Below are positions 9,731-20,875 of a stretch of DNA of 51,167 nucleotides, in pieces. The position numbers and the translations under genes were made by a program. The stretch spans positions 1 through 51,167 of the forward strand of contig JALWGH010000076.1 of assembly GCA_027013735.1 (NCBI GenBank), written 5' to 3'. Each line of letters starts with the position of its first letter. Within the stretch, counting starts at the first letter, position 1. The notes under the pieces were generated by a model. The model ran no database searches. It was not told the origin of the DNA and saw only the letters and a list, made by a program, of their open reading frames with translations. This DNA is from Melioribacteraceae bacterium (lineage in GTDB: Bacteria > Bacteroidota > Ignavibacteria > Ignavibacteriales > Melioribacteraceae).

Positions 9731-11988
9731 ATAAAGATGTGATTAAACACGTTCGAGGCGAAACCTTTTTTATTGACGACTTTCCCGTTCCAGAAGGAAC
9801 GCTGTATGCAGCCGTTTTCGACTCGCCCGTTGCGCACGGGATTATTAAAAAACTCGAAGTTAAAAAAGCTCTTGAATCCAAAGGGGTAAAAGCAATATTG
9901 ACGGCTGAGGATATTCCTGGCGAAAATCAGATTGGCAATATTATTAAAGATGAAACATTGTTGGCGGAAAGTAAAGTTGAGTACATCGGTGAGCCTGTTG
10001 CGGTAATAGTTGCCGACACTCCCGAAAATGCAAGAGCTGCGAGAAGTAAAATTGAAATCGAGTTCGAAGAGCTGCCTGTAATTACAGACCCGCGGGAAGC
10101 AATGGAGAAGGGGCAGTTAATTGCACCTCCTGTGGTTTTTTCTTCGGGCGACACAGAAAAATCTTTCGCGGAGTGCGACACGGTTGTTGAAGGCAGAGTT
10201 GACATCGGAGGGCAGGAACATTTGTACTTGGAATTACAGGGCTCGCTTGCAATCCCCGACGACAACGGCGGAGTTAAATTACTTTCTGGCACTCAAAGCC
10301 CGACGGCTGTTCAACGCGCAACGGCAAATGTGTTGGGCGTTCCGATGAATAAAATCGAGGTGGACGTCCCGAGACTCGGCGGAGCTTTCGGCGGCAAGGA
10401 AGACCAGGCAACTCCGTGGGCTGTAATGGCTGCGCTCGCTGCTTTCAAATTGAAAAAACCGGTTAAGTTAATTCTCAACCGTCAGGAAGATTTAAGAATG
10501 ACGGGTAAACGGCATCCCTATTCTGCCGATTACAAAATAGGATTAAACGAAGAAGGAAAAATTTTAGCTTACGAAGTTACTTATTTTCAAAACTCGGGTG
10601 CTGTTGCTGATCTTTCGTCCGCAATTTTGGAAAGAACGCTTTTCCATACTACCGGTAGCTATTTCATCCCGAATGTAAAGGCTACGGGCTATATGTGCCG
10701 TACAAACCTCCCGCCAAATACTGCTTTCAGGGGATTCGGTGGTCCGCAAGGAATGTTTGTAATTGAATCGGCAATTTTTAAAGCCGCAAAAGAACTGGGT
10801 AAAAGCCCGTGGGAAATTCAGAAGAAAAATTTATTAAACGAAGGAGATTATTTTTATTACGGGCAAAGAGCTGAAAGGGTAAATGCACGAAAGACGTGGG
10901 ACAAGGCGGAAAACATTTACGAATTTAACAACAAATTAAAAGATGTTGAAAAGTTTAATACCGAAAATAAGATTTTGAAAAAGGGCATTGCCGTGATGCC
11001 TCTTTGTTTCGGCATTTCTTTTACAAGCAGTTTCTTGAATCAGGCAAGCGCGTTGGTTCATATTTACACGGACGGCAGCGTTGGCATTAGTACGGCAGCC
11101 GTTGAAATGGGGCAAGGAGTAAACGAAAAAATCAAACAAGTTGCCGCAAAGGTTTTGTCTGTCTCGGCGGACAGAATTAAAATCGAAACAACGAACACCA
11201 CGAGGATTGCCAACACTTCGCCTACGGCGGCAAGCACAGGCGCGGATTTAAACGGCAATGCCACCTTGTTGGCTTGTAATTCTCTGAAAGAAAGATTAAA
11301 AAAACACGCTGCCTCGATGCTCGGTGAGGAAGATTCTGCAAAAGTCGAAATTAAAAACGAAACGGTTTTGCACAATGGAGCTTCTACTAAAATAAAGTGG
11401 GAGGAACTCGTTTCGTCCGCCTATTTAAACAGGGTTAATCTTTCTGCCCACGCCTATTACGCTACGCCCGATATTTACTTTGACAGGGAGAAAAACAAAG
11501 GACGTCCGTTTGCTTACCACGTTTACGGAACTGCAATTACGACGGCAACGGTTGACCTCTTGCGTGGCACATACGAAATTGACGAAGTGGACATTGTGCA
11601 CGATTACGGTAAGAGCCTGTTTCCCTCAATAGACAAAGGGCAAACGGAAGGTGCGGTTGTGCAAGGCATTGGCTGGCTTACTATTGAGGAGCTTGTTCAA
11701 AACGAGAAAGGAAAGTTATTGTCTAACACTTTTTCAACTTACAAAATACCCGATATTTATTCCGTACCGGATGAAATTAAAATTCACTTCCTTGAAGAAT
11801 CGGAGAATCCTTACGGACCGCTAAAATCGAAAGCAATTGGCGAGCCGCCGTTTATGTACGGCATCTCGGCTTACTTTGCAATTCTGAATGCGATGGATTC
11901 GTTTGTGAGTATTTCGCTTGAGAAGATAGAGGCGCCTCTCACTCACGAGAGAGTTCTGCTCAAAATAATGGGAGCAAAAAGAGGTTAG
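9727..11988 (+). CDS. xdhB: Xanthine dehydrogenase-family molybdopterin-binding large subunit
   Basis: GGAFGGKE, FRGFGGPQGMF, GQGVNEKIKQV and KAIGEPP motifs of molybdenum hydroxylases. Confidence 0.8.
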   Translation: MNKDVIKHVRGETFFIDDFPVPEGTLYAAVFDSPVAHGIIKKLEVKKALESKGVKAILTAEDIPGENQIGNIIKDETLLAESKVEYIGEPVAVIVADTPENARAARSKIEIEFEELPVITDPREAMEKGQLIAPPVVFSSGDTEKSFAECDTVVEGRVDIGGQEHLYLELQGSLAIPDDNGGVKLLSGTQSPTAVQRATANVLGVPMNKIEVDVPRLGGAFGGKEDQATPWAVMAALAAFKLKKPVKLILNRQEDLRMTGKRHPYSADYKIGLNEEGKILAYEVTYFQNSGAVADLSSAILERTLFHTTGSYFIPNVKATGYMCRTNLPPNTAFRGFGGPQGMFVIESAIFKAAKELGKSPWEIQKKNLLNEGDYFYYGQRAERVNARKTWDKAENIYEFNNKLKDVEKFNTENKILKKGIAVMPLCFGISFTSSFLNQASALVHIYTDGSVGISTAAVEMGQGVNEKIKQVAAKVLSVSADRIKIETTNTTRIANTSPTAASTGADLNGNATLLACNSLKERLKKHAASMLGEEDSAKVEIKNETVLHNGASTKIKWEELVSSAYLNRVNLSAHAYYATPDIYFDREKNKGRPFAYHVYGTAITTATVDLLRGTYEIDEVDIVHDYGKSLFPSIDKGQTEGAVVQGIGWLTIEELVQNEKGKLLSNTFSTYKIPDIYSVPDEIKIHFLEESENPYGPLKSKAIGEPPFMYGISAYFAILNAMDSFVSISLEKIEAPLTHERVLLKIMGAKRG

Positions 11989-12039
11989 GTTTTAAATAGT
12001 GTCAAGAGGGCTTTTAGCGAAGCCTTGATTTTTACAACA

Positions 12040-15000
12040 ATGAGTAAAAGCAATTTAAAATTGTTTTTTCTTGCGTTGTTAATTCACGCTAATGTTGCAG
12101 GACAAACGCGCGATTCGCTAATATTTACGGAGGTGATGTTTCGTCCTTCCGCCGCAAACTCCGAATTTATTGAGTTGTTTAATCTCTCTTATTCCGATTC
12201 CGTTGACCTAAAAGGCTGGAGTGTTAAATATCACTCTTCGAAAAAAGATTTTTTAGATTCTTTAACAATTGGGAAAAAATTATCTCCCCGTAGCTACGCT
12301 GTTGTTTTTGAAGGCGACTACGATTTTGAAAACGGCGTTTACAAAAATCTGATTCCCGTGGACGCATTGGTTTTAAAAATTTCGGACAACGCTTTTGGTT
12401 CTTCGGGAATGTCAAATTCGACAAACAGAACACTGCTGTTGTTTGCACCGAACGGCGAGGTTGTTGATTCTTGTGAATACACTGCGGACAACAACGCCGG
12501 ATATTCCGACGAAAAAATATTATTAGACAAAGGCGACTCATCGGACAATTGGGCAAACTCAAAAATGTTTAACGGCACGCCGGGAAATCGCAATTCGGTT
12601 AGCCCGTGGGATTACGATGTGGGGATTTCGTCTATTAAAATTTTTCCGGAAAAGATTTTTGTAAACGATACGGCAAGAACGGAAGTAAAAGTTTTTAATA
12701 AAGGGTTACACGCTGCAAATAATTTTAACGTTTCCATTTACACATCGAAAGATTCCGTTAATTACAATTTAATTTTTGAGCAGACGGTTAACGAGATTGA
12801 CCCAAACGATTCTGTCTCTCTGAGTGCGCGGTTTGTTGCCGGGCAGTCAGGTAAAGTCTTTTTGAAATCAGTAATTAGCTTTAACAAAGATCAGAATAAT
12901 ACAAACGACACTACTTCAGCATTTTTTGAGGTCAGACCTAAACCAAATAGCAGGGGCGATGTGGTAATTAACGAATTAATGTACAAACCGAAGCAAGACG
13001 AACCAGAGTGGATTGAACTTTACAACCCAACACAAAGTAAAATTAATCTAAAAGGCTGGGAAGTTAGAGATAAAACAAGTAAGACCGATTTGTCCGATAC
13101 TTCAGTCTTTATTGATGCAGGCGGATATGTCGTTTTTTCGAGGGACACGCTCTCATCCAATTATTTAGGCAATTTTAAAACCGTAATAATCAATTTACCT
13201 TCCTTAAACAACTCTGGCGACAGGATTGTTTTGCTTGATTCCCTCGGGCAAACAATCGACTCGCTCGAATATTACGCCGACTGGGGAGGCGGAACAGGAC
13301 TTTCTCTTGAAAGAGTTAGTGCTGCAGGGGAAACAAACAACCCCGAAAATTGGGGAACGTCGAAAGGCAATTACGGCGGTACTCCGGGCAGACTCAACTC
13401 AATTTCACCCAAGAAATTTGACCTTGCCATTCAAACGTTCGACTCGGATCAAAAATTCATCGAATACCAACACGAATTAAAAACATTCGTAATAATTAAG
13501 AACAAAGGTTCGGAAGACGCTAAGAATGTAATGTTAAAAATTTACCTCGATAAAAATAAAGACAACTTTCCTCAAAACAACGAGGCTCTTGATTCACTAA
13601 TAATAACGGGGCTTTCATCGGCTGATAGTGTGGAAAAGTCAATAATATTAAGTGATTTGCCTCTTGGTAAAAACACTTTGATTTCTTCTCTTGATTTTGC
13701 TAAGGATGAATTCCCTGACAATAATATTGCCGAATTGGAAGTGAACATCGTTAAATTTGCGGCGGAGAAAGGGGACATCGTGATTAACGAAATAATGTAC
13801 GCGCCTGTAAACGGCGAACCTGAATGGATTGAACTGTTTAATAAAAGTAACAAGGAAATAAATTTGCAAAAATGGTTTGTCGGGGACAATTTACACAAAG
13901 TTACGTTAAGTGAAGAGAGAGCAATTGTTTTACCCGGAAAATATTTTTTGCTTGCGAAGGATTCATCATTTTTAGATTACCACAATTTAACTTCCGGAAT
14001 TACATTTGTGGAGTTCCCGTCATTGAACAATGCCGGGGATGCTGTTGTGATTAAAGATTCGCTCGACCGCTTAATTGATTCGGTTTATTATTCTTCCGCC
14101 TGGGGAGGCACAAAAGGAAAATCATTGGAAAGAATTTCTGCATTTGCGGAAGGTAAAGATTCTACGAACTGGAGCTCTTCAGTTGCAAAAGCAGGCTCAA
14201 CTCCCGGAAAAATAAATTCTGTTTCACAAAAAGAGTTTGACCTTTGTCTTGAAGAACTCACAGCAAGCAAATCTTATTTTGCAGTTAGTTCAAAAATTGA
14301 ACTAAATGCAAAAATAAAAAATTTAGGAATCGAGCCGGCTGAGAGCGCGTCTCTGGATTTTTATTTTGACGGGAACAAGGACGACAAAATTACCGCTGAC
14401 GAATTTATTAAATCGGTTGCGCTGCCCGGCATAGGTTTTGGCGACAGCCTAAAACTGACGGTCGATTTAAATGAATTGCCCGTCGGACAAAATAAAATAT
14501 TCTCGGTTATTAATTTCCCCGAAGATCAGTTTAACGATAATGATACCGCAAGTGTTGTTGTAAACATCGTAAAAATAAATGTTGACAAACAAGACGTTGT
14601 TGTAAACGAAATAATGTTTGCGCCGACGGATGGCGAGCCAGAATGGGTTGAGTTGTTCAACAAAAGCGAAAAGGAAATAAATCTTAGTAATTATTATCTT
14701 GGAGACAATTTCTCTTTTGCAAATCTTGTAAAAAGTAATTTGTTGTTAGAACCACAAGGCTATTGTGTAATAGCAAAAGACTCTTCCATTTTTGATTTTT
14801 ATTCAATTAACAGCAAAGTTCTTGTTACTTCTTTTCCGAATTTGAACAATGGCGGAGACGAGGTTGTTTTGAAAGATTCTCTTTTCAGAACAATTGATTC
14901 GGTAAAATATTTCTCCACTTGGTTGAAGAAAAACGGTCAATCGCTCGAAAGAATTTCGCCGGCACAAAGTTCAACCGATTCGGCTAACTGGGGAACTTGT

Positions 15001-17496
15001 GTTTTGAAACAGAAAGGGACCCCGGGGACACTTAACAGTATTTCAAAGAAAGATTTTGATGTGGCAATTGATTCGGCGTGGGTCTTTCCGGATTTAGTGG
15101 AAGCAGGCAAATCCTTTGGCTTAAAAGCAGTGGTTAAAAATGTCGGAAAAAACAAAATTGCTTTTACTGTGAATGTTTACAAAGATGAAAACGGAGATTC
15201 AATTGCTGACAAACAAATGTACGCTTCAGCTTTATTTAGTTTGGCTTCCGATTCATCAATGTTGGTTTCACTCAATAATATCAGTGCTTTGAACGCCACA
15301 ACAGATTTAATCGTGAAGTTAAACTGTACGGAAGATATGAACCTTGCTAACAACAAGTATTATTTAACCGTAATTCCAACGTTTAAGAAAAACTCAATCA
15401 TAATAAGCGAAATAATGTTTGACCCTTCGGGCGATGAGCCCGAGTGGATTGAGTTGTTTAACAACAGTACGGATACTGTTAATCTAAAAGGCTGGAGCAT
15501 CTCGGACGTTTTGGCAACGCCTTCGAAAACAATAATTACAAAAGAAGATTGTCCCTTGGCTCCGAAAAGCTATTTGGTAATTGCAAAGGATTCTTTAATT
15601 TTTAATTATCACAAAACAATTCCCTCGAAGGTAATAGTAATTCCTTTTGCAAATTTAAATAACACGGAAGACGGAGTAGTATTAAAAGACGGGGCTTTAA
15701 CAACCGTAGATTCGGTTAAGTACTGTGATTATTGGCTTGAAAAGGAAGAGCACTCCATTGAAAAGAAAGATTTTAATTTAAATTCCACATCCGCTTCAAG
15801 TTGGGGAACTTCCGTTGACAAAGAGAACAGCACGCCGGGTAGAATAAACAGCATCCAAATAAATATTAAAGATTTAATAGTAACGGACATTTTCACCGAA
15901 CCGGCATTTCCTTTAAGAAACAGTGATATTAACATTAAAGTAAAAGTGTTAAATCGTTCTAAAGAAAAAATCAATAATGTTTTGTTAAAGACTTTTGTTG
16001 TTGATAACGGAGAAAGGTTGTTTGACTCACTACGTATTACAAATATTAAGGGAGGCGATTCTCTAATAATATCAACGCAAAACAAGTGCCACATTGTCGA
16101 TTCGCTTAAAATAAAGGCTGAAATAAACTGCGCCGCTGACGAGAACCCTTTTAACAACTCCCTGACAAAAACTGTTTTTGCAGGTGTGGATAAAAACACG
16201 ATTCTTATTAGCGAGTTTTTAGTTTTGCCCGATACAAACGAAACACAGTGGGTAGAGTTTTACAACAACTCGGGTGCGGAAATCGACTTAAAGAATTGGA
16301 CGATTACGGACGTGCGACCGGAGGAGAAAGAAAAAACACTCGTTTCTCAGTCCACAATAATTAAGGCAGGTGAATACTTTGTTGTTAGCAGGGACACGTT
16401 GCGTAATACATCCGAGAGTGTGAAAGAATTTGTTGTTAATTTTGGTAACTTAAGTTCAAAGGAAGACGGAATAGTGTTACGGGATTTTCGCGGGCAAACA
16501 ATTGACAGTCTTTACTACACCACCAACTTTCCAATTGTGCGTGGTCGTTCGGTGGAAAGGCGTAGTTTTAACGACTCAACGAACAATGTGAGCAACTGGC
16601 TATTTTGTTTGGACAGGGAAAGAAACACTTTGGGGAAGGTAAACTCTGTTTTCCAACTCACCCCGGCTGAGAAGAAGTCGGTCGTAATAAATGAAATAAT
16701 GTTTGAAACTTCACAAGACTTTCCCGAATATTTGGAACTAACCAATGTCTCTAAAAACCCCGTGGATATTGGCGGTTGGAGTTTAATAATCGGGAAAGGC
16801 AATAAATACTGGCTTTCCGGCGAACGCTTAAGTTTAAATCCCGGCGGCTATTTTGTTTTTGCTTCGGATTCAAACATCTTCGACCGTTTCGGAATTTCCC
16901 CAAAAAGCAAATTTGTTTCTGTTTCCAATAGCAACTCTTTTTCTTTGTCGAACTCCGCAGACGCCGTTGTGATTAGAGACGCATTTAATAATGTAATTGA
17001 TTCGGTTTACTACAGTGGTTCTTGGTGCAACAATAATATTTTGAACACGAAAAACAAATCCCTGGAAAAACTAAATCCTCTTTTTGAAAGCAACGACAAA
17101 ACAAGTTGGAGTACTTGCGTTGACGCAAGAGGTGGAACGCCCTTGAAGAAAAACTCCGTGTTTACGCCTTTGAAAAAAGTTTCTTCGGGATTAAGTATTT
17201 TCCCAAATCCGTTTTCCCCGGACGAAGACGGGCACGAAGATTTTACGGTACTTGCTTACAAATTTAGAACTCCTGTTGTGCAAATACGCGCGAGGGTGTT
17301 CGACGACCACGGCAGACTTGTGCGAACGTTAGCGGTTAACAAGGCATCTTCGGGCGAAGGTAAAATTGTCTTTGACGGCAGGGACGATTCCGGCGCTACG
17401 CTTAGAATGGGAATGTACATTGTGTTTATTGAGGCTGTGGGAGCGCAAAACAAAACGCTCGAAACATTGAAAGAAGTTGTGGTAATTGCCCACTAA
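12040..17496 (+). CDS. Giant secreted protein: 7 lamin-tail-domain (LTD) repeats interleaved with Ig-like (CARDB-like) domains, plus a FlgD-Ig/T9SS-like C-terminal domain
   Basis: Signal peptide MSKSNLKLFFLALLIHANVAGQ (ATG 12040; the track starts at TTG 12025). The motif (V/I)INEIM(Y/F)xPxxxEPEWIEL(F/Y)N...L(K)GW recurs starting near nt 12118, 12961, 13777, 14596, 15397, 16201 and 16681. Each repeat ends in GTPGxxNS. C-terminus FPNPFSPDEDG...GMYIVFIEA. Confidence 0.8.
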   Translation: MSKSNLKLFFLALLIHANVAGQTRDSLIFTEVMFRPSAANSEFIELFNLSYSDSVDLKGWSVKYHSSKKDFLDSLTIGKKLSPRSYAVVFEGDYDFENGVYKNLIPVDALVLKISDNAFGSSGMSNSTNRTLLLFAPNGEVVDSCEYTADNNAGYSDEKILLDKGDSSDNWANSKMFNGTPGNRNSVSPWDYDVGISSIKIFPEKIFVNDTARTEVKVFNKGLHAANNFNVSIYTSKDSVNYNLIFEQTVNEIDPNDSVSLSARFVAGQSGKVFLKSVISFNKDQNNTNDTTSAFFEVRPKPNSRGDVVINELMYKPKQDEPEWIELYNPTQSKINLKGWEVRDKTSKTDLSDTSVFIDAGGYVVFSRDTLSSNYLGNFKTVIINLPSLNNSGDRIVLLDSLGQTIDSLEYYADWGGGTGLSLERVSAAGETNNPENWGTSKGNYGGTPGRLNSISPKKFDLAIQTFDSDQKFIEYQHELKTFVIIKNKGSEDAKNVMLKIYLDKNKDNFPQNNEALDSLIITGLSSADSVEKSIILSDLPLGKNTLISSLDFAKDEFPDNNIAELEVNIVKFAAEKGDIVINEIMYAPVNGEPEWIELFNKSNKEINLQKWFVGDNLHKVTLSEERAIVLPGKYFLLAKDSSFLDYHNLTSGITFVEFPSLNNAGDAVVIKDSLDRLIDSVYYSSAWGGTKGKSLERISAFAEGKDSTNWSSSVAKAGSTPGKINSVSQKEFDLCLEELTASKSYFAVSSKIELNAKIKNLGIEPAESASLDFYFDGNKDDKITADEFIKSVALPGIGFGDSLKLTVDLNELPVGQNKIFSVINFPEDQFNDNDTASVVVNIVKINVDKQDVVVNEIMFAPTDGEPEWVELFNKSEKEINLSNYYLGDNFSFANLVKSNLLLEPQGYCVIAKDSSIFDFYSINSKVLVTSFPNLNNGGDEVVLKDSLFRTIDSVKYFSTWLKKNGQSLERISPAQSSTDSANWGTCVLKQKGTPGTLNSISKKDFDVAIDSAWVFPDLVEAGKSFGLKAVVKNVGKNKIAFTVNVYKDENGDSIADKQMYASALFSLASDSSMLVSLNNISALNATTDLIVKLNCTEDMNLANNKYYLTVIPTFKKNSIIISEIMFDPSGDEPEWIELFNNSTDTVNLKGWSISDVLATPSKTIITKEDCPLAPKSYLVIAKDSLIFNYHKTIPSKVIVIPFANLNNTEDGVVLKDGALTTVDSVKYCDYWLEKEEHSIEKKDFNLNSTSASSWGTSVDKENSTPGRINSIQINIKDLIVTDIFTEPAFPLRNSDINIKVKVLNRSKEKINNVLLKTFVVDNGERLFDSLRITNIKGGDSLIISTQNKCHIVDSLKIKAEINCAADENPFNNSLTKTVFAGVDKNTILISEFLVLPDTNETQWVEFYNNSGAEIDLKNWTITDVRPEEKEKTLVSQSTIIKAGEYFVVSRDTLRNTSESVKEFVVNFGNLSSKEDGIVLRDFRGQTIDSLYYTTNFPIVRGRSVERRSFNDSTNNVSNWLFCLDRERNTLGKVNSVFQLTPAEKKSVVINEIMFETSQDFPEYLELTNVSKNPVDIGGWSLIIGKGNKYWLSGERLSLNPGGYFVFASDSNIFDRFGISPKSKFVSVSNSNSFSLSNSADAVVIRDAFNNVIDSVYYSGSWCNNNILNTKNKSLEKLNPLFESNDKTSWSTCVDARGGTPLKKNSVFTPLKKVSSGLSIFPNPFSPDEDGHEDFTVLAYKFRTPVVQIRARVFDDHGRLVRTLAVNKASSGEGKIVFDGRDDSGATLRMGMYIVFIEAVGAQNKTLETLKEVVVIAH

Positions 17497-17519
17497 GTTG
17501 TGGTGTGTTAGTTCAATGT

Positions 17520-17963
17520 TTACTTTTGCAGTTTGAATCTGATTCTTAGAACTCCGTCGTTAAAGCTTGTGGAAATTATTTTGAACGCTCCTATTTCCGC
17601 TGTGGACTTCACGTGATCACCGATGCACGGACAGGCATCGTAATCACCAACGTGGATTATTCTTATTTTCTCCCCGGCGCTTTCAGGCAGCTTTGACAAA
17701 TCGAACTGTTTTTCCGCTTCAGATCTTGGCAAAAATTCTTCTGTGACGGGCAAGTCTTTTTGAATTACCTCGTTTACCCGTTTTTCAATTTCGGAGATTT
17801 CTTCTTCGGTTAAATTTCTGCCGAAGTGGTAATCGCATTTTGATTTTTTCTTTTCGATGTGTGCGCTGAAAGACCTGCCACGATTGAACATTCTAACCAT
17901 TGTTTGGTTTAGAATGTGTTCTGCGGTGTGCATCCGAGGATCGTAATTTTTTCTTTCCTGCAA
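17520..17963 (-). CDS. alaX: AlaX-S-type free-standing alanyl-tRNA editing domain protein (tRNA_SAD)
   Basis: HTAEHIL (HxxxH) and CPCIGDHV (CxxxH) zinc motifs; 147 aa. Confidence 0.7.
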   Translation of the reverse strand: MQERKNYDPRMHTAEHILNQTMVRMFNRGRSFSAHIEKKKSKCDYHFGRNLTEEEISEIEKRVNEVIQKDLPVTEEFLPRSEAEKQFDLSKLPESAGEKIRIIHVGDYDACPCIGDHVKSTAEIGAFKIISTSFNDGVLRIRFKLQK

Positions 17964-17972
17964 GTTGCCTCC

Positions 17973-17999
17973 AAAAAAAATGCGGCGCCGAAGCGCCGC
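17973..17999 (-). terminator. Rho-independent terminator downstream of clpB
   Basis: gcggcgcCGAAgcgccgc preceded on the plus strand by A8, which is a U8 tail on the minus strand. Confidence 0.85.
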
Positions 18000-18008
18000 T
18001 GTGTCGAA

Positions 18009-20624
18009 TTATTTTTTACTAAATCCGAGTTTGTCGCCTTCTCTGGTTACAAGAATAACGTCTCCGCTTTGGTACTTGCCCATCAAAATTTCTGTGGCAA
18101 GCGGGTTAATCAGGAATCTTTGAATAACTCTCTTGAGCGGACGTGCGCCGTAAGAGATGTCGTAGCCGAGTTCAATTAAGAATTCTTTTGCCTTGTCGTC
18201 AACTTCAATTTTCAGATTCTTGTCGCTCAGCATTTTGTTAACACGCTCAAGTTGAATGTCAACAATTTGAGTCAATTCGGATTTCAACAAAGGTTTGAAC
18301 AAAACAATCTCGTCGATTCTGTTTAAGAATTCGGGACGAATTGTTTGCCTTAATAATTCGTTTAGTTTTTCTCTCAGCTCGTCGAGAATTTGCTGGTAAT
18401 TATTCTCGTTGAACTCGGAAAGTTTTTCCTGAATCAAATGCGAACCGATGTTGGACGTCATTATTATTATTGTGTTTTTGAAATTAACGGTTCTGCCTTG
18501 GTTGTCCGTAAGGCGTCCGTCGTCCAACACTTGCAGTAACACGTTGAACACGTCGGGATGTGCTTTCTCGATTTCGTCAAGAAGAACAACGGAATAAGGC
18601 TTCCTGCGAACCGCTTCGGTTAATTGACCTCCTTCCTCGTAGCCCACGTATCCGGGAGGAGCGCCGATTAATCTCGAGACGGAGAACTTCTCCATGTATT
18701 CTGACATATCGATTCGAATCATTGCGTGCTCGTCGTTGAAGAGAAATTCCGCCAAAGCCCTTGCAAGCTCGGTTTTACCGACGCCCGTAGTCCCGATGAA
18801 TATGAATGAACCGATCGGACGGTTGGCGTCCTGCAAGCCTGCGCGCGAACGGCGGATTGCATTTGCCACGGCAGAGACAGCTTCGTCTTGTCCCACTACT
18901 CTCTTGTGAAGCTCCTCTTCCATTCTCAGTAATTTGCTTCTTTCGCTTTCAAGCATTCTGCTGACGGGAATGCCTGTCCACTTGGCAACAATTTCCGCAA
19001 CGTCCTCGGCGTCAACTTCTTCCTTCAATAGCTTACTGTCTTTTTGAATTTTTGAAAGCTCTTCGCTTTCTTTCTTCAGTTCGTTTTCAAGTTCAATCAA
19101 TCTGCCGTAACGAATTTCCGCAACCTTTGCAAGGTCTCCCTCGCGTTCGTACTTGTCCGCTTCGTTTTTCAAGCGCTCGATCTCGCTTTTCATATTACGG
19201 ATTTTTTGAATCCGTTCTTTCTCCAATTGCCATTTGGCTTTTAGCGCATTCCGTTTTTCTTCGAGCTCGCTTAATTCTTTTTGGAGCTCTTTTAACCTGT
19301 CTGCGGATTGGGAATCTTTCTCGCGCTTTAGCGCCTCGCGTTCAATCTCAAGCTGTTTGATTTTTCTCTCGAGTGCGTCAAGTTCTTCCGGCATCGAGTT
19401 TATTTCAATTCTTAATTTCGACGCAGCCTCGTCAATAAGGTCAATAGCTTTGTCGGGCAAGAACCTGTCCGAAATGTAACGGCTTGAAAGTTGAACGGCG
19501 GCTACAATTGCTCCGTCCGTGATGCGAACGCCGTGGTGAACTTCGTAACGTTCTTTCAATCCGCGCAAAATTGAAATTGCGTCTTCCTCACTCGGCTCTT
19601 GAATAATTACGGGTTGGAATCTTCTTTCCAGAGCCGCATCTTTTTCGATGTACTTTTTGTATTCGTTCAGCGTGGTTGCTCCTATTGCGTGCAGCTCGCC
19701 GCGGGCAAGCGCGGGTTTCAAGATGTTAGCCGCATCCATTGCGCCTTCGGTTTTTCCTGCCCCAACAAGCAGGTGGAGCTCGTCGATGAAGAGAATAATT
19801 TCGCCGTTGGATTCGGTAATCTCCTTGATCACAGCTTTCAGGCGTTCTTCGAACTGTCCGCGGAACTGTGCTCCTGCAACAAGCGAACCCATATCGAGAG
19901 CGACAATTCTCTTTGTTTTTAAGTTTTCGGGAACGTCGCCCGAAACAATTCTGTGAGCAATCCCCTCTGCAATAGCCGTTTTACCAACGCCCGGTTCGCC
20001 GATTAGTACGGGGTTGTTCTTCGTGCGCCTTGAAAGCACTTGCAACACGCGGCGTATTTCTTCGTCGCGGCCGATTACCGGATCGAGTTTGCCTGCGCGT
20101 GCAAGCTCATTTAAATCCCGACCGTATTTTTTAAGAGATTGGTAAGTGTCCTCGGGATTTTGCGAAGTAACTCTTTGGTTGCCGCGAATATCCTGCAAGG
20201 CTTTTAAAATCTCGTTCTTTGAAATTCCTGTTCGTTTGAGAATATCGCCTGCGGTTCCTTTGTCGTCGAAAGCGGCTAACAACAAATGCTCGGACGAAAT
20301 GTACTCGTCCTTAAAAGTCTTTGCTTCTTCCGCCGCGCGGTCGAACAGTTCCGCCGTTGCGCGTGAAAGCTGTTGATTGCCAACGCCGGCTCCGGTAACT
20401 TTCGGTAGTTTTTCAAGCGCTTCGCCGACTTTGATTTTTAGCGTGTTTGTATTGACACCAGCCTTTTGTAAAACGGAAACAGCGGCGCTTTCGGTGTCCT
20501 GCAGCAAAGCGGCAAGAATGTGTTCCGGCTCAACAATCTGGTTGTTGTATTTTTGCGCAATCTCAACGGCGTTTTGAACCGTTTCCTGCGCCTTAACCGT
20601 CATTTTGTTAAAATTAAATGCCAT
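18009..20624 (-). CDS. clpB: ATP-dependent chaperone ClpB
   Basis: 871 aa. Clp_N, two AAA+ modules ([21 protein letters not shown]) and the long coiled-coil middle domain. Confidence 0.95.
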   Translation of the reverse strand: MAFNFNKMTVKAQETVQNAVEIAQKYNNQIVEPEHILAALLQDTESAAVSVLQKAGVNTNTLKIKVGEALEKLPKVTGAGVGNQQLSRATAELFDRAAEEAKTFKDEYISSEHLLLAAFDDKGTAGDILKRTGISKNEILKALQDIRGNQRVTSQNPEDTYQSLKKYGRDLNELARAGKLDPVIGRDEEIRRVLQVLSRRTKNNPVLIGEPGVGKTAIAEGIAHRIVSGDVPENLKTKRIVALDMGSLVAGAQFRGQFEERLKAVIKEITESNGEIILFIDELHLLVGAGKTEGAMDAANILKPALARGELHAIGATTLNEYKKYIEKDAALERRFQPVIIQEPSEEDAISILRGLKERYEVHHGVRITDGAIVAAVQLSSRYISDRFLPDKAIDLIDEAASKLRIEINSMPEELDALERKIKQLEIEREALKREKDSQSADRLKELQKELSELEEKRNALKAKWQLEKERIQKIRNMKSEIERLKNEADKYEREGDLAKVAEIRYGRLIELENELKKESEELSKIQKDSKLLKEEVDAEDVAEIVAKWTGIPVSRMLESERSKLLRMEEELHKRVVGQDEAVSAVANAIRRSRAGLQDANRPIGSFIFIGTTGVGKTELARALAEFLFNDEHAMIRIDMSEYMEKFSVSRLIGAPPGYVGYEEGGQLTEAVRRKPYSVVLLDEIEKAHPDVFNVLLQVLDDGRLTDNQGRTVNFKNTIIIMTSNIGSHLIQEKLSEFNENNYQQILDELREKLNELLRQTIRPEFLNRIDEIVLFKPLLKSELTQIVDIQLERVNKMLSDKNLKIEVDDKAKEFLIELGYDISYGARPLKRVIQRFLINPLATEILMGKYQSGDVILVTREGDKLGFSKK

Positions 20625-20875
20625 ATTTATTTTTTCTCCTTTCTCAATTTCAGTCTAATTGCAAATTAACAATAATTTTGATGTAATTAAAGGATAATTA
20701 TTGTCGAGCCATTTTACAGTTTGACGAAAAATTTGTTTCTAAAATAGTTCAAAAAATGAACTAAATTTTTCTTACGTTGTTTGGAAAATCCATTGCTTTG
20801 ATTTAGCTTTTTTAATCAAAAATATTAAAACTTCTTGTTTGTTTTAAAGATATTTGAAAAACAGCGAATTGAAAG

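Noticed and set aside
15729-16199. 156-aa minus-strand ORF inside the LTD gene, plus many other 60-120-aa antisense ORFs in the track (for example 9927-10292, 28361-28843, 30674-31051, 32381-32740, 35389-35778, 49964-50356)
   Set aside because: All are antisense or out of frame within long CDSs that have clear family motifs. This is typical shadow-ORF composition.
20744-20762. Inverted repeat tagttcaAAAAAtgaacta in the clpB / thioesterase divergent region as a heat-shock operator
   Set aside because: It does not resemble CIRCE or HAIR consensus sequences. A single AT-rich 7-bp inverted repeat is easily a chance occurrence in an AT-rich spacer.
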